From Cirrosporium novae-zelandiae (Eukaryota): a stretch of DNA of 64,000 nucleotides. The DNA lies in the NCBI GenBank assembly GCA_026023565.1, contig JAPETS010000051.1, forward strand, positions 1 through 64,000, given 5' to 3'. A model generated the notes under the pieces. That model did no database searches and was not told the DNA's origin. It saw only the letters and a list, made by a program, of their open reading frames with translations. Below, piece by piece: positions 14,009 to 27,817 of the stretch. Position numbers and translations under genes: made by a program. The first letter of the stretch is position 1. Each line of letters opens with the position of its first letter.

Positions 14009-16772
14009 TCAATTATCCAAATCACCCCAAAACTCTTTGAGGTCATCTGCTCTCCAGGATGTGGACCATCCTGTTTCACGTTCAATTCTTGATAAAACCT
14101 CAAGAACCGCTTCGTGCTCTGATCGGTGGCTCATCACTTTCCCTGCAAACCAGAGTGGCTGGAGGGAATTTGTCCAGCAGCCGTGATGACTATTTGAAGC
14201 GGAAATTCCAACAATTTGTCGAGCGTGCCACAGAATAGATTTTGGCTTCACACTCAGCCTCACGTCTCGAGGCTTTCCTTGTAATAGGAGCAGTGCACAG
14301 GTATGATAGAGCTGGTTGCCGGATATAGAAGAGCCATTTCCATATAGGATGGTTGGGAATGGCTGATATCCTTCTCCATGACCCGAAGGAATTGTCATAA
14401 TTGGCTTTAGTTGTTCTGGTCGTTGCGCGTGCCAATCTTCCACAAGTTCAAATAGTTCCAGCCAACGAGCGGCGTAGTTTCCAGGGGAAGACTCGGGACT
14501 GAAGGGCCCAGAGCACTTTTCCTTGCGGCAAGAGGAAGTAATGTCAAGAACTCGTGCGGCGAGAAAAACGGCATAATTGGCATAAGAGTCAAAGTCATTG
14601 GCTGGATTTTTGAATAGAGCAGAGGCCGCAGCTACGGGTATGCTTTCAGGTATCCACCGATGGGTTGGGATGATTGTTTCCTCTTCAGAAATAAAAGCGC
14701 CGCAAACGTCTTGAGAAGAGTCGATCAGCATTCGTATGTGAAGAGGTCGAAACCACATACCCATTCTTGCAAAACACCAGAATAGAGCCTGGCGTGTCCC
14801 GCCGCAAAATCCTGTCGTACCAGAATCCTGTATAAGAATGGCACATCCATCCAGATGCCGTCTCCAGTCCTTGGGGTTGCCTGTCTATCGGTGAGTATAG
14901 GGGAGTAAGGCCAAGGAAAGAAGAAAAGAGAAAAAGAGAAAAAACCTACAACTCATCATCTCTAAAACACACAATATAACACAAGAAGCCACCACCGCAC
15001 TGCTTTTGGATTCGATCTCCGGAAGAAGTTGGTGTATGGCTTCTTGGTATAGAGCAAGGCTTTCGGATGAAGATTGCTTGTTGTATCGGCGTTCCATTTG
15101 ACGTGCTGAGAGGGCGAGGATAGAGAGCTTGAGATGCTGGGACTCTTTTGCCATCATTGGGATTGCATGCTCAAAGTGGCGCTCATTATCGAACATGTCC
15201 AACTACGATCATTTTTAGCATTGCGAAAAACCGATTAGTCAATGTATCTATATCACATACCCAAGAAGCTACCTCATCAAGATAATTTTTCATTAGAATA
15301 TACTCGCGTTCTAATGTTAACTCAGACGATCTAGCAGACCTCGGTGTTGGTTCAATTTCAGGTGGGCAACTAATAGAGATGGCCGAATCCGGATGTCCTG
15401 ATCCTGAATCCGCAGAATACGATATATTCAGATCTGGTGGTGCATGCTCTTGGTCAGGACTAGTGGTACCTTTTGTTGTATGCATCATACGATTTCGTAA
15501 AGTGGTAGAAAATTCCTCGTAGACAGAACCTGAGAGGAACATGTCATTGAAAACCTGCTGCTCAAATAAAGGGGATTGTAGAGACCCATTCACATGAGCG
15601 GCCATGGAAGTAGGGCTTTCATGGGCTTGAGATGACATGGCAGTATCTAGAGCTATCTGCTGGGGCGGTACATAGCGGAGTGCCAAAAGATTCGCAACCG
15701 CAGAATCTGGGTGTGTTCGATGGTACTCAGGTGATGCTGAATCGCTGCTAGGAGTTCGGTGAAAGTCCATGGTGGGTTGGGGTAAATTGGCTTGTCCTGG
15801 GTGTGGGGAACAGGAAGCATCTGATCCTGACATTCGATGGGTAAGGTGGATTGAGCTGGCATCTATAGAAGCTCTTTGATATGGGCCTCCTGGGCTGGGA
15901 CCTGCTTTGGTATCGGTTGGGGTCATGGCACCGGAAGCATCTCCGGAAAAGCACAAAGGTGTGAACGGGTATGGTTCCATTGCTCTAGCTACAGCATCTC
16001 TGGATATTCCAGGATCCGAGTTCTGTCGGTCTTTAAACTGTGTCATTCCATTGCAACTGCTTCTTGGGATCTTTCTAGGATTCAGAGAAGGGAAATCCCC
16101 ATCCACGCTCATAGAAACAGATTGCATATCTGATCTATCGTCTTCGTCCCCGTCCGCGTCTTCACTTGAATTTCCGCTAGCTGTGGTAATAAGTTCTTTG
16201 ATAGAGTCTGTTTGTGATTGCTTCCTCCGGCGTTTTCCTCTGTTGCAGTTTCGGACAATATCCGAGGTGACGTTTAGTATCTATAATCCCATTAGCCAAA
16301 ATTGGCACTTGGTTTGACAGCACACCAGTAATTTTATTGTATGCGCCTCACATCCGATATGGCTAACCTTGAATTGGCGATTCGGATTTCTGCTCCCTCC
16401 AAATTCCTGGGTCATTGATGGATGTTCTGGCTCAAGAGTTCGAGAATTATCGGCGCGAAAGTTGGCCCTCAATCCCCATTCGCAAGTTTCACCTCGTTGA
16501 TTGCAGTTCAAGCATGTAGGTCTATTTTCATCGCCTAGATATTCATAGAATTAGCAATGAAAAAGCAAGAGGGGAATGTCGCATGACTGGGGAAACAAAC
16601 ATTTCCTGTGCCTCCGACGACAATTGAAGCATCCAGTTCGTACGCGGCGTTTCTTTGGTGGTGGAGGCGCATCAGATCTTGGTGTTCCTAAGAGTGCATC
16701 GGGGGTATGGGCGGAAGCTGTACTTGGATTACTGGAGAGCTGTTCTTCTCCCGGGAAGGGCCCCATTTTCAT
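14009..16772 (-). CDS. Zn2Cys6 transcription factor (fungal_trans_2-type C-terminus), multi-exon
   Basis: RVRTGCFNCRRRHRKC, intron, then DENRPTCLNCNQRGETCEWG. Downstream exons contain WLDMFDNERHF, LALSARQ, LCVLEMM, FWCFARM and GNQLYH. The start codon is uncertain (16772 or 16766). Confidence 0.88.
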
Positions 16773-18409
16773 TCTTGACAATTGGGTGGTCTGTCATAGG
16801 GAAAAAGGAAAAACGGGTAGTTTGAATTGACCGGAGTAGTGTTGACGTTGAAGCAAAATCAGATAAGGAAGCTGAAGGCTGGTTCTGGGCTTTTTCTGCT
16901 GGAATACTCAAGGGATGCGGGGGTTCAAGAGGCGGAGAGTGAACCGTGTGGAGGTTTAATGTGGAGGGCCCGATCACTACTAAGAACTATTTCAGTATAA
17001 GGCCAGACACCATCGAATTCACACCCAACTATCTACCTCCCTCCCCTACTATTTAGCGGGGCTACTACTCACAACTAAAATATCATACAGGTTTTTTTGT
17101 AGGCTTGGAAACTTGAGCCAACCCTGATAACAAAAAAGAAAAAAGCCCACAGAATCCCCATGGGAAGATGCGAGTAGATGCACGACGATGCATTTCAGGT
17201 GCGTCTGGGTGCATGAGTCCCAACTTTACTTGAGATGTAGGATTCTCGATCGGTGTTCCCTTGGAAGCTTCAACATGCCTAGACCCCCTCTTGTGAAGGT
17301 TTCAAGGAGGCTTCTACGGCTTCCAGTCTCTCCAACTTTCCCGGTTTCCTCACTCTTCTCTGGAGGTGAACAGAACTGTATTTCCTAAGGAGCAAGTTTA
17401 CCAGACTGACTCGTGACTAGGGATTGGTTCGATTTGACCTTATTCACCAATATAACTCCCCCGTTAATTCAACTTTTAAGCTTTGAAAAACGAACCGTGA
17501 ATACCCTGCTGCTGTGCAACTTATGGACGGGCGGAGGAATGGTTGAGCTAACTCTATATTCAAGCATTCACCTCATCCAAGGATCCATTACCGCACCTTT
17601 CCCATCCTAGTGAACATGTTTGCAACGGCACAACGGGCAGATTATTTTCAATTTGACATGACCTCCATCCCAGTCTGCTCCCCACCGGTGCCACTTGCTG
17701 TTAGCCATTCGCCATTATCCCACGTATGGGAGCTCTAAGTTTACTTCACACAAGCCCGCGAGTATTAAACTCTGATATTGACCACAAAGTGTGCGGTAAT
17801 ATCTGAGACGTGGAGCCAATCTCTGTCCTCTGTCTATTCTACCGCACCAAGTCCTCTAGGGATCACAGTACATAGGTACCCCTCAAGATAAACATCACAA
17901 ATATTAAGCCTACTTCGCTAGGATCTGCGAGCTTACATGATCCATCCAATCCCTTATATTGGCAGTCCCTATTCTGGAACAAGAACCTTTGTATATGTGG
18001 CACTCGATTTGATAACAGGAGATTTAAGGGCTTCTTGGCATACGAAGATCAAAACCTTATGGCGCACCATGTTCGGAATACGGTATTCACGGAACCCAAG
18101 CGGTTCTTATCATGTCAAATATTTCTTCTCCTACTCAGTATTTGAACAACGTATTTGATCCTGGCAGCAATGCAGCCGGTGATGCGTCAGGTTGATCTCA
18201 TGCGAAGAACGACCCTGGAAACATGTGGTCCCCATTGCAGGTTGTCTCCAGTCTTCTTAGTGGCAAAATCCGATGTCTCCCTTAGCACGTGCTTATGGTC
18301 TGTAGACCTAGGATAATAATGTATGTGTCTTCTGAGTTTTCCTTCCCCTCCCACGCCCCCACCAACGTCCTCTCCTGCTCGAGTACTTGCTCAAGGGTAA
18401 TAACGCGTA

Positions 18410-18478
18410 GAACGTTCCATGGAATGTTCGACGAACATTCTACGACCATTCCACGAACATTCCATGAACATTCTAGAA
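18410..18478. promoter_or_regulatory. Array of GAAnnTTC units with about 11-bp period (heat-shock-element-like)
   Basis: GAAcgTTC 18410, GAAtgTTC 18422, GAAcaTTC 18433, GAcCATTC 18444, GAAcaTTC 18455, and GAAcaTTCtaGAA 18466-18478. Confidence 0.4.
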
Positions 18479-19225
18479 AAACCATGTCTGTCATTTACCT
18501 CAAGATAATATCCCTCGTGCCCTGCATCTTGTTTCCGTGATACATGTCAATGGTGATAAGCCTATAGGGAGGCTTCATTCCTAACCAAAGGGACAAAATT
18601 CCAAGGCCAGACAATTTGCATCGGCTCGTCTATGAATAAGGTTTGTTCAGCCGACAAGCTTGGATGAGTTGGCACAATACAGCCGACGGTTAGTTGATGC
18701 AAAGGCCGGTAATCTGTTCATTGATTGCTCCCTCAGTGCAGCCTCGCAACTTTTCCTGGACTGGGTGTCTGCAATTAGAAGTTGAGTTTTCCTAGGCTGC
18801 TTTAGAAATCTCCTGACTTAACAAACTGTCAGAGAAGATCTCTTCAAAGGCTATGATGACGGCAAATCTCCTCGCTAGAATCAGACCACTTTAGGTCCAA
18901 AGCTAAGAAATTGCTTTGGATTTCGACTGTGAATAGAATGATTAACAACAATGATCTACAGGGCATAATATTGATATGGATTCATTCCAATCGAACATAC
19001 TCAAGCAGTCCCTATCTTATCACCCATAGCATGCATTCCAGAGTCTTCTTCCTAAGTTACCCGTACTCCTTCACCGCTAAGTATTACTTTCTAGAAAAAC
19101 TTTCATTATTCTAGTCATCTGGCTGATAAGTTTGCACCATGAGCATGGATTCGAGAAAAAGGCAAGGAAAAAAATGTCGTTTTGCCACGTTAAGTCTGCT
19201 CTGGCGATGTCGATCAATCCTAGAT

Positions 19226-20722
19226 TTATTTCTTCAATGCAGTTTCGGGATCCTTGACAAATGCTTTGCACCATTTATCCCATTCTCTTGCGCCCTTTCG
19301 CATCACACTCTTCAAATCTTCCTTGACCTCGGTGATCTCCCATTGCTCATCTTCCCAGTTACGTGTCTGGCCCCCTGTCTGTGACGGTGCCCAGCCGATG
19401 GCCTCCAATATATTGGATTCAGTCGGTGGGACCCCTATACTTTTGAATAAGCTTGAGTTGCGCTGGTGGCATTGATTTGCGAGATAATCTCGTAGCAACT
19501 CAAGACGTGGCGAAGGCGTAAAGACAAGATGAAGGGTATTTTTTTCACTTGGGGTGCTATTATCAGTTTCGACTGAAGAAGTCAGCCGTTTGGTAACGGA
19601 ACGAGCAGTCTTAGCTCCCCGAATCGAGGAGTACGCCCAAACAGAGTCAATCTCCAGAAGCCCACCAAATGGCCAAATGAGTGTAGCTGCAATGTCAATG
19701 GCTGCTGTAACAGGTAATAACCCCGTGGCGATAACTGCGTCTCGCTGAGCTTTTGATTTAGATCTCATCATTGTATTAACGAACTCCGTCCGAACCTGAT
19801 CTTGTGAAGCACCGAAAGAGGGTGGGTAAATGAGAACCATTTCTTCAAGGCCAATAGTCTTATGTGTAGTATCTTCCTCGGTAACACCATCATTTGCATG
19901 AGCATCCTTAGGGCTACCGTCTTCCCCTCCCGCACGGTTTAAAAATTCAAGACTGCTTGTTTTAGTATATGACATGGCAGTACTAATCCCTCGTGTGGCC
20001 ATGCTCTTGAGACCCTTCCAACTCTTCGTCTTTGCAGTACTCATTTTAGCTTCGCGAACTTCATCTTGCCATTTTCGTTGTAACTTATGTACCTTCCCTT
20101 CCTTTACACCTTCTGCAGGCTTCGATAGAGGTGGGGGGGGCGGTGTATAGATTAAAAAGCGATCAGGGATTTTTGAAGCATCAACACCTTTCAGAACAGG
20201 TTTTGGAAAAGGCACAAGATATACAACCAGTTTGTGTGGATCTCGAGTATAATGGATAGGGTTAGATGGGTCGTCATCGGTAAAGCTGATAGGACTCCGC
20301 TGCGGTGGTCGCTCAGGTAGAGGAGGAGCCACTAAGTTGGACTCTGGTTGAGGGTTTAGGGGAAATTGTTCAATAACATCTTGTTTCAGTGGTCGCTCAG
20401 GCAAAGGAGGGCCTGGTTCAAATTCGTTGTTGGTAGCAACTGACACGGTTGATTGTGGAGGATCATGTGGTGGATTTAATGGAGTGTATTCTGGGAGAAT
20501 TTCTTGTTGGGGCGGAGGAGGGTAGTATGGTGGTAGTTGGGCATCTGCGGTCGGGACAGGATGTTGGGGGGTCGCATCCGGTTGTCCTGGTGGAGGACCT
20601 GGTGGGGGAGCATAAAATTGCTGTGACAAACCCCCAGTTGACTTGGTGGTGTCTGCAGGATCCGTTGATCCTAAGGCAGGTTCTGGTGGGTTTTGAGCTT
20701 GTTGGTCTGTCTTGGAATCCAT
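19226..20722 (-). CDS. Uncharacterised fungal protein with a Pro-rich N-terminus
   Basis: Intronless 498-aa ORF. PPxY and PPLPERP motifs in the N-terminal part are followed by a globular region (RDPHKLVVYLVPFPKP ... IWPFGGLLEIDSVW). Confidence 0.8.
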   Translation of the reverse strand: MDSKTDQQAQNPPEPALGSTDPADTTKSTGGLSQQFYAPPPGPPPGQPDATPQHPVPTADAQLPPYYPPPPQQEILPEYTPLNPPHDPPQSTVSVATNNEFEPGPPLPERPLKQDVIEQFPLNPQPESNLVAPPLPERPPQRSPISFTDDDPSNPIHYTRDPHKLVVYLVPFPKPVLKGVDASKIPDRFLIYTPPPPPLSKPAEGVKEGKVHKLQRKWQDEVREAKMSTAKTKSWKGLKSMATRGISTAMSYTKTSSLEFLNRAGGEDGSPKDAHANDGVTEEDTTHKTIGLEEMVLIYPPSFGASQDQVRTEFVNTMMRSKSKAQRDAVIATGLLPVTAAIDIAATLIWPFGGLLEIDSVWAYSSIRGAKTARSVTKRLTSSVETDNSTPSEKNTLHLVFTPSPRLELLRDYLANQCHQRNSSLFKSIGVPPTESNILEAIGWAPSQTGGQTRNWEDEQWEITEVKEDLKSVMRKGAREWDKWCKAFVKDPETALKK

Positions 20723-21402
20723 GATGAAGATTAAGAATAATTTAATTATTTTCCTATCGTGGAGAGTCTTGGCCGAATTTATATCATTTTTGATATATTG
20801 TTGAGCGGCGGATGCAATGGCGTGTGTATGGTGGTCTCAGCCTCGATGACGTTGCAATTGCAGCCCACCACACCCACCTGTCTTGCGTTGTACAGCCTCC
20901 ATCAGGGACCATCGACCTGTTAAGCTTGTCATGCTTGACTATCACTGGAGGTCAGGTAATTTCTGATAGGCAACACCATTTTCTAGCGTAGGCAGTAATT
21001 TTTAAAACTTGAATAGTTATGTGCTTCTCATCTTGGGATCCTAAATGGTGATAATTAATTACCTAGGTTGACGACTACTGACACATCTATGCTGTAATTA
21101 GCACCTAGACTAGAACTGATTGAAACCGGTATGATAAAACCCTAGAATCAAGCCCTAACTACTATATCGGGGAGTCCTCTGATAATTTCCGTCATTGCCG
21201 ACGGTGATAAGCTTTTGGTTTCTTCTTCTTCTGTATGATGCTATCTTCAGATGGGAAGCGGATGGGATATTAGCCTAACTTATATTGTTAAGCTACTCAT
21301 ATCTTCCGCTTTCATATTTTCCAATACATCAATTTGCTCTCCACCTTTGTCATCCGTGGTCCTAACAGTTTTATTCTTTCTCCGCTTTTAGTCTGTAAAT
21401 CA

Positions 21403-23931
21403 ATGCCAGTGGATGCGAAAGATGGAGGGTACAGCGCCAAGAGCTCGAAACAAGCAGCGTGTCTAGCTTGTAAAAGGACAAAGACGAAATGCAACCGTGA
21501 CCCTGGTGCATCTACATGCAAGAAATGTCAACAAAAAGGAGTCAAATGTATAATCCCAGATTATCACATTGGTAGACAAAAGGGGACTAAAAAGTGAGTC
21601 CGCCTTCGTTTATATAATGATTCCTTTCTCATATGGGTGAGATGCTTTTAGTAAAAGGAGTGGACTAGCCAAAGCTGTCCATCAAATTGAACAAGCAATT
21701 AAGAAATCCAAGGCCAATGGTGGAGAGTTAACAAACGAAGAGGCTACCCTACGTCTACAGCAGATACTGTATGAGGCACAGAACTTGTTGCCACGACCTG
21801 GGCGAGCTGAGGCAGAGTCGAGCAAGTGCCCTTCTCCTGCATTGGTCCTTGATCCAACAAGTTCAGAATCTTCGAGTCATGGTAGCCCGGATGATGACTT
21901 CGCCCTCGATGATGCTGAGAACCCACTACAACTACTGGCCCATATCTCGACTGTATCAGCACTCCCTCATCAAAAGTCCCAGCAAGATGAAAGTGACGAT
22001 GAAACTCTTCGATCATTCTTTGGTCCTCCAAGGCTCAATTTAGATATTGGTCCAGATCTCGATCCAGTTAATCTAGGTCTTGTCACAGAATCTGAAACTG
22101 ACGAGTTATTTACCTTGTAAGCGCCTGAGAATCCTATTCTAGTCTTAATTGTTAATTGTTCTTTTCAGCTTCTATAAAAATCTTTCTCATACTAGATGGG
22201 GCTTAGACCCATTCATCCATCATGCATCTTTTGTTCGCTCACGATCAGCCTTCCTCTTCACATCTATCCTAGCTGCTTCAGCATTATTCCTTCCATCCGC
22301 TGGAGCCCTCTCAAGGAGACTCTTTGTCCATTGCACAAATCTAGCGCATTACGTTATCACCAATCGTAATCGATCAGTGGAAGTTGTCCTTGCTTTCATG
22401 GTCAATATTCCCTGGCTATCTCCGGGAACTCATTGGGCGGATGATGAGACTTGCTCATACATGTCAATGGCGCTAACAATTGCCCTAGATTTGTCCTTGG
22501 ATAAAATTATTGTGCCCTCCTCTGAAGGTATGGGTAGAGCAGCTATGAAAGGGATTGCTAGGTCGGATTGCCTCGATGCAAAAAAGGCACTCTCACTAGA
22601 CGGGTTTGATGATGTTGATCCGGCATCACCCTTTGGCCGAACACTACTCCGCCGAAGAGAGAGAGCTTGGCTGGCCCTTTTTGTACTTGACAGGGGGTTG
22701 GTTTGACCGTATTTCAATGGGTTTCGAATACAACTAATTCGTCTACTTTAGTGTCTGTTTGGCAAGAGGGAGGATTTTCATGGTTCCATTAACCCCTCTC
22801 GTCAAAAATTGTGACAATTGGCATATCTCAGATATAGCAGACATTTGGGACAGCTCCGTCATTTCAATGGCGGTAATGAGACGAGACTTTGTATGTTTAT
22901 ATTCCCTTTCACTTATCAGTAGCAAGCTAAGCTTTCTTTACAATGGAATAGGTCTTCCTTATTGAGAACGTCAAAGCAAGCTGTAATAGTTATCGTTCCG
23001 CTACGGACCATGGATTAGAGGTTGCGCAATCGTGTGTAGATTAAACGTATTTTCCTAATCTAATACCATCTGCTAACTTACGCTATCAGAATCAAGGACA
23101 TGATTGAAAACTTCTTCAACCAGTGGCATGAAGCTTGGGCTATGACTATTGGAGAAGGAGATGGTAGGTAAAGTTTACAACTTTGTCCGCATCCACAATC
23201 GCTAGAAGCAGAAGCAAGACTAAAAATCCCTTGCAGAACACAGATACCCACCTTATGTTGAAATCCTTGTCACTCATACCAGACTATCAATCTATAGTAA
23301 CGTGATCAACCATCCCACGGCTCCCATCGAAGTCAAGCGTTTCTTCCGTGCTGCAGGATTGTCATCAGCTCTCAACGTCATGCGCGCCGCTGTACAAGGC
23401 GAAAGCCAACTCAAATCAATGCCTAATAATACAGCTATAATGATTGGTTTTGCTGCCTGCTTTGCGCTTCGTCTCAGTACCATGGAAACTACGACAACCT
23501 CAAGTTTAGCTCCAAGTGTTCGAAACCTAATCAAGGAGACTGCAGATGCCATTGAGCGTATCGGAGCGACACCAAGCCATAGGAAGGGAGCGTCTGCATT
23601 ATATGGGAGACGTTTAAGGGCAATTATCAAGGAGAATTTTGATGCTTCGAGCAGTCAGGAATCGAGCAGCCAGCCGGCGACAGCTATGATCCCTATAATT
23701 CAGGACAATGTCATGGAAGAATACGGACAATCACACCAAAGAACTCAGGTAGAAAACGACACCACAGTTCTTCCACAGTTCCAGCCAATCATGTTTTCTG
23801 CCATGTCTGATTATGAAATCATTGAAGCAATTAATAATGCCGAGCCGACATTTGAGATTCCTGCGGCCGACTTCCAGGCTGATGTTAATTGGAATGCTTT
23901 GGATTGGCTGGACTGGGGTCTTCCATCCTGA
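21403..23931 (+). CDS. Zn2Cys6 transcription factor, multi-exon
   Basis: ACLACKRTKTKCNRDPGASTCKKCQQKGVKC, ENPLQLLA, a middle homology region (RRRERAWLALFVLDRG then VCLARGR) and an acidic tail (NWNALDWLDW). Confidence 0.88.
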
Positions 23932-25060
23932 AATATTATTAACAAGGGACCCGAATCATCTACGTTAATTTCTGCGATAGGACTATAAGCCCACCGGTAG
24001 TTATATCTATTATGCTTACAAGCTATTAGCGGGTGAATTCTCTCTCCAGCGTAGCTTGAATCGCCTTACTTTGTCTTGAATCCGGACATATTGTACGAAA
24101 AGCTTTTATATTATTGAGCAAAGTCTTTTCCGACATGGATATAATACGAGGTTTAGAATCGTGACAGCCGACACTCAGTCTAGTTCACCAAACGACACTT
24201 TTGATTATTTACCACAAATTTCCCCTGATAATATAATAGAATCCATTTCAGTCTGCTCGAGGCCGATATCGACAAGCTTTGTCCAGATACTACCTCAAGA
24301 TGTATGTCGACGCATGCAGACCTGGGCAATAGTGGTGGTGAGGGACAACCCTTTATTAAAAGCTCGGTGTTCTCTTACTCACTAGCTACACCAATTCCTC
24401 GACTTGTCCTATGGAACCAAATGAGTGTATCCTCTCACGGGGAATAAATGTGAATATCACACTATGCACTCGACTATCCCAGAAATCTCTAACATATTCC
24501 ATCCTACTTTCTAGGAACCAAATATCGTGGACGAGCACATATATTTACACATGGTGAGTCTAATTACTCTAGCTAGTAGGACCATTCTTGAATCGGTTCA
24601 TTCATATTTATATAACTATCTATCTACCGACCAAATTACAACTAATTGATAATCCGTAAAGAGAAAAAACAATAATAAAATACAAAAGCTCACACCAAAA
24701 AGTGACGTTTACATATATATATATATATATATATACATATACATTTTGGTATGATACATGGACTCTTGGGTTCTAACCTTGACCTTTGGCTTTAGCTTTC
24801 ATTAATAAAAGCAGGGCCGAAATCAGGGTCCGTGGGTCAATCGATCGGCCCCTAGAAATACTACCGACTACCAAGTGATTTTTCCGACCGCCAAAAGAAA
24901 TACCGATCTACTATGCAACTAATTGGCTAATTAAATTGAAAGCTTCTTTCTAATAGATGGTATCTTGTTATATAAAAAGGAATGGAATTTTATGGTGTGA
25001 ACCTTTTCTTTCTTTTTCTTAGATTTTATTATCTTTTATAAATATATATTTTTCTTGATT

Positions 25061-27464
25061 ATGGCGATGGTAAATCGGTTCTTTTTCGCTCGCCGAACTG
25101 TGAAGGTGAACGCGCTCCTGATTGATTATTGTGCTTTGAGATCGAGATCAGGGGGTTTTGCATATACGCGACTAAGCGACGGGAAGGTTGGTCGTGAAGC
25201 TGGGGTTGGAATTGACGGGAAAAGATGGTTACAGACTACTGCTATAAAATCATCAGCATCACCGTCATTGGGCTTGGGGTTGAAGATTGAAAAGTCATCG
25301 CCGAAAGTATTTAAGAGCGCAGACGAAGCCGTGCAAGATCTGGAAAGCGGGAGCACGATATTGAGTGCTGGGTTCGGGGTCTGTGGGACTGCTGGTAAGT
25401 GTTATTTCACTATCGTCATTTTTATCGCCGTTGTTGTCAGTTTTTATTTATTGATTACATCCCAGAAACGATAATTGCTGCTCTCCACCGCCGAGGTCCG
25501 TCATCTCTACATTCATTGACGGCGGTCTCGAACAACGCTGGTGCAGCCGGAGACGCAGGGCTAGCGAAGCTGACAGGTTCGGGCCAGGTGAACCGGCTCG
25601 TGCTTTCGTATCTAGGGAACAATAAGGAGCTAGAGCGAAAGTATCTTGCGGGGGATGTGGCAATCGAGCTTTGTCCGCAGGGGACGCTGGCGGAGAGGCT
25701 GAGGGCTGGGGGGGCGGGGGTCCCTGCATTTTATACGCCTACGGGTGTGGGTAGGTATAATTTTTTTTTTTTTATATTTTGTTTTTCTATTTCTCGTTGG
25801 GTTTTGGTTTTGGGGTTCTGGAATGGATAAATGGATGACTTATTCTTGAACTCTTGCAGATACGTTGGTGCAGACTGGAGGAATTCCGATCCGTCTCGGT
25901 CCAGCAACCGAGGGGAGTAAGAGCCCCATTGTTGTGGAGGCTGGCAGGCCCAGAGAGACGAGGGTCTTTGATGGGAAGACGTATGTCATGGAAACAGCGC
26001 TGAAGGGCGATGTGGCCATTTTGAGAGCATGGAAAGTGGATGAGGCTGGGAACTGTCAATTTCGGTGAGTGATGGTTTGAGGCTATGTTAGTTTCTGGAG
26101 GGTTGGTTGGGCACTTCTCATCAAGGCTGACGATTCATTAGGTACACGACCAAGGCCTTTGGTATCCTGATGGCCAAGGCGGCACGTGTTGCCATTGTGG
26201 AAGCAGAGAATATAGTTCCCGTTGGATCGATTGATCCGAATGATGTTGATCTCCCTGGAATCTTCATCGATAGGATTGTTCCCGCGACGGTGGAGAAGAA
26301 GATTGAAATCAGAAAGGTCCGACGGGTCGATGGGAAAGAGGATGGAGAGGGCCAGTCGACAAAGAGCGACGCTCTGCGGAGGAGAGAACGGATCGCTAGG
26401 AGGGCAGCCAAAGAACTTAAGAATGGGTTTTATGTGAATTTGGGGGTTGGTAAGTGAATTATAGTGCTCTGTGCTTGTGTGGAAGATGTGGTGATGCTTA
26501 ATTGTTTGATTATAGGGATGCCTACTCTTGCACCTTCGTTTCTGCCACCCGAGACAAAGGTCTGGATCCAGTCAGAGAATGGTATACTTGGAATGGTAAA
26601 TGACTCTGTGTTCATCCATTGTTCAACGACACGAAGCTAACTTAAACGCATAGGGGCCTTACCCAACAGAACATGAAGTCGACCCGTATGTATCTATAAA
26701 TCCAGTTTATAACCATGACGTTTCGTTCTGACAAAGAGTTTTGCAATTCCAGTGACATTATCAACGCCGGAAAAGAAACCGTGACTCTTGTCCCCGGCGC
26801 CTCAACCTTTGACAGCTCCGAGTCTTTTGGAATGATCAGAGGAGGTCATGTAGACGTTTCAATCCTCGGGGTAAATTTTCTAAAGACCCCTTGACCAATC
26901 CCCCTCTATCTAACCTCCTGTAAGGCTCTACAAGTAAGCGCCAACGGCGACTTAGCCAACTACATGATCCCAGGAAAAGTCAGTTCTTCCTCCTCTTCCA
27001 GCTTCCCATCATATCCTAAAGTCAAACAATCTGCTCACTACCACTACCTAAAAATAGGTATTTAAAGGAATGGGTGGAGCAATGGACCTGATCTCCAACC
27101 CCTCCTGTACAAAGATTGTCGTAACCACCGACCACGTCGCCAAAGACGGGTCTCCGAAGATTGTGGATACATGCACCTTGCCGCTCACGGGTGCGAGAGT
27201 CGTAAGTACGATTATTACTGATCTTGTAAGTCGTGCCGTTTCTTTTTTGGGGGGGGGGATTATTCACTGTTTGAATGCTGAGGTGGGATGCAATATGTGG
27301 TTCTCTTACTTACTTGGTGTGATGTGCAGTGTGTATTCGAAGTCGACAGAATCAAAGGAGGCATAACCCTCACAGAACTAGCACCAGGTGTTGAACTTGA
27401 GGAAGTTAGACAGAAGACGGCTGCGAAGTTTACTGTTTCAGAGAATTTGGGGTCAATGGAATAA
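25061..27464 (+). CDS. Mitochondrial 3-oxoacid (succinyl-CoA:3-ketoacid or 3-oxoadipate) CoA-transferase, about 10 exons
   Basis: Arg-rich presequence, [33 protein letters not shown] then MP, the catalytic QSENG motif, MIRGGHVD and GMGGAMDL. I traced nine GT-AG introns. Confidence 0.92.
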
Positions 27465-27782
27465 CAGGAATGTAAGCAAGGTCCTTTGCGGAGAAGGGAA
27501 GTCCGGTTCTTACCTTCCTAGTTTGATATTCTCTTGAGGGAACCTTTTTAGAATAAATAAATAATATGTAGCATTATCCATAAACACAAATAGATGAGTC
27601 CGAATTTTCTGATTTTATATCAAATTGTGTATCCTACATGACATGTACTGTACATGTACCTACCACAGTAGGTACCTAGATAATTATATCATCCAACCAA
27701 CCCTTAGACCGACCGACCGACCGACCAACCGACCCGACCGGCAATACGGCGCGAAAGTCCCGCCCGAAGCCATCCCTCCTCT

Positions 27783-27817
27783 CCCTAAGCCCTAAGCCCT
27801 AAGCCCTAAGCCCTAAG
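27783..27817 (+). repeat. (CCCTAAG)5 telomere-like tandem repeat
   Basis: Five perfect copies of the 7-mer, which contains the telomeric hexamer CCCTAA. Confidence 0.9.
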
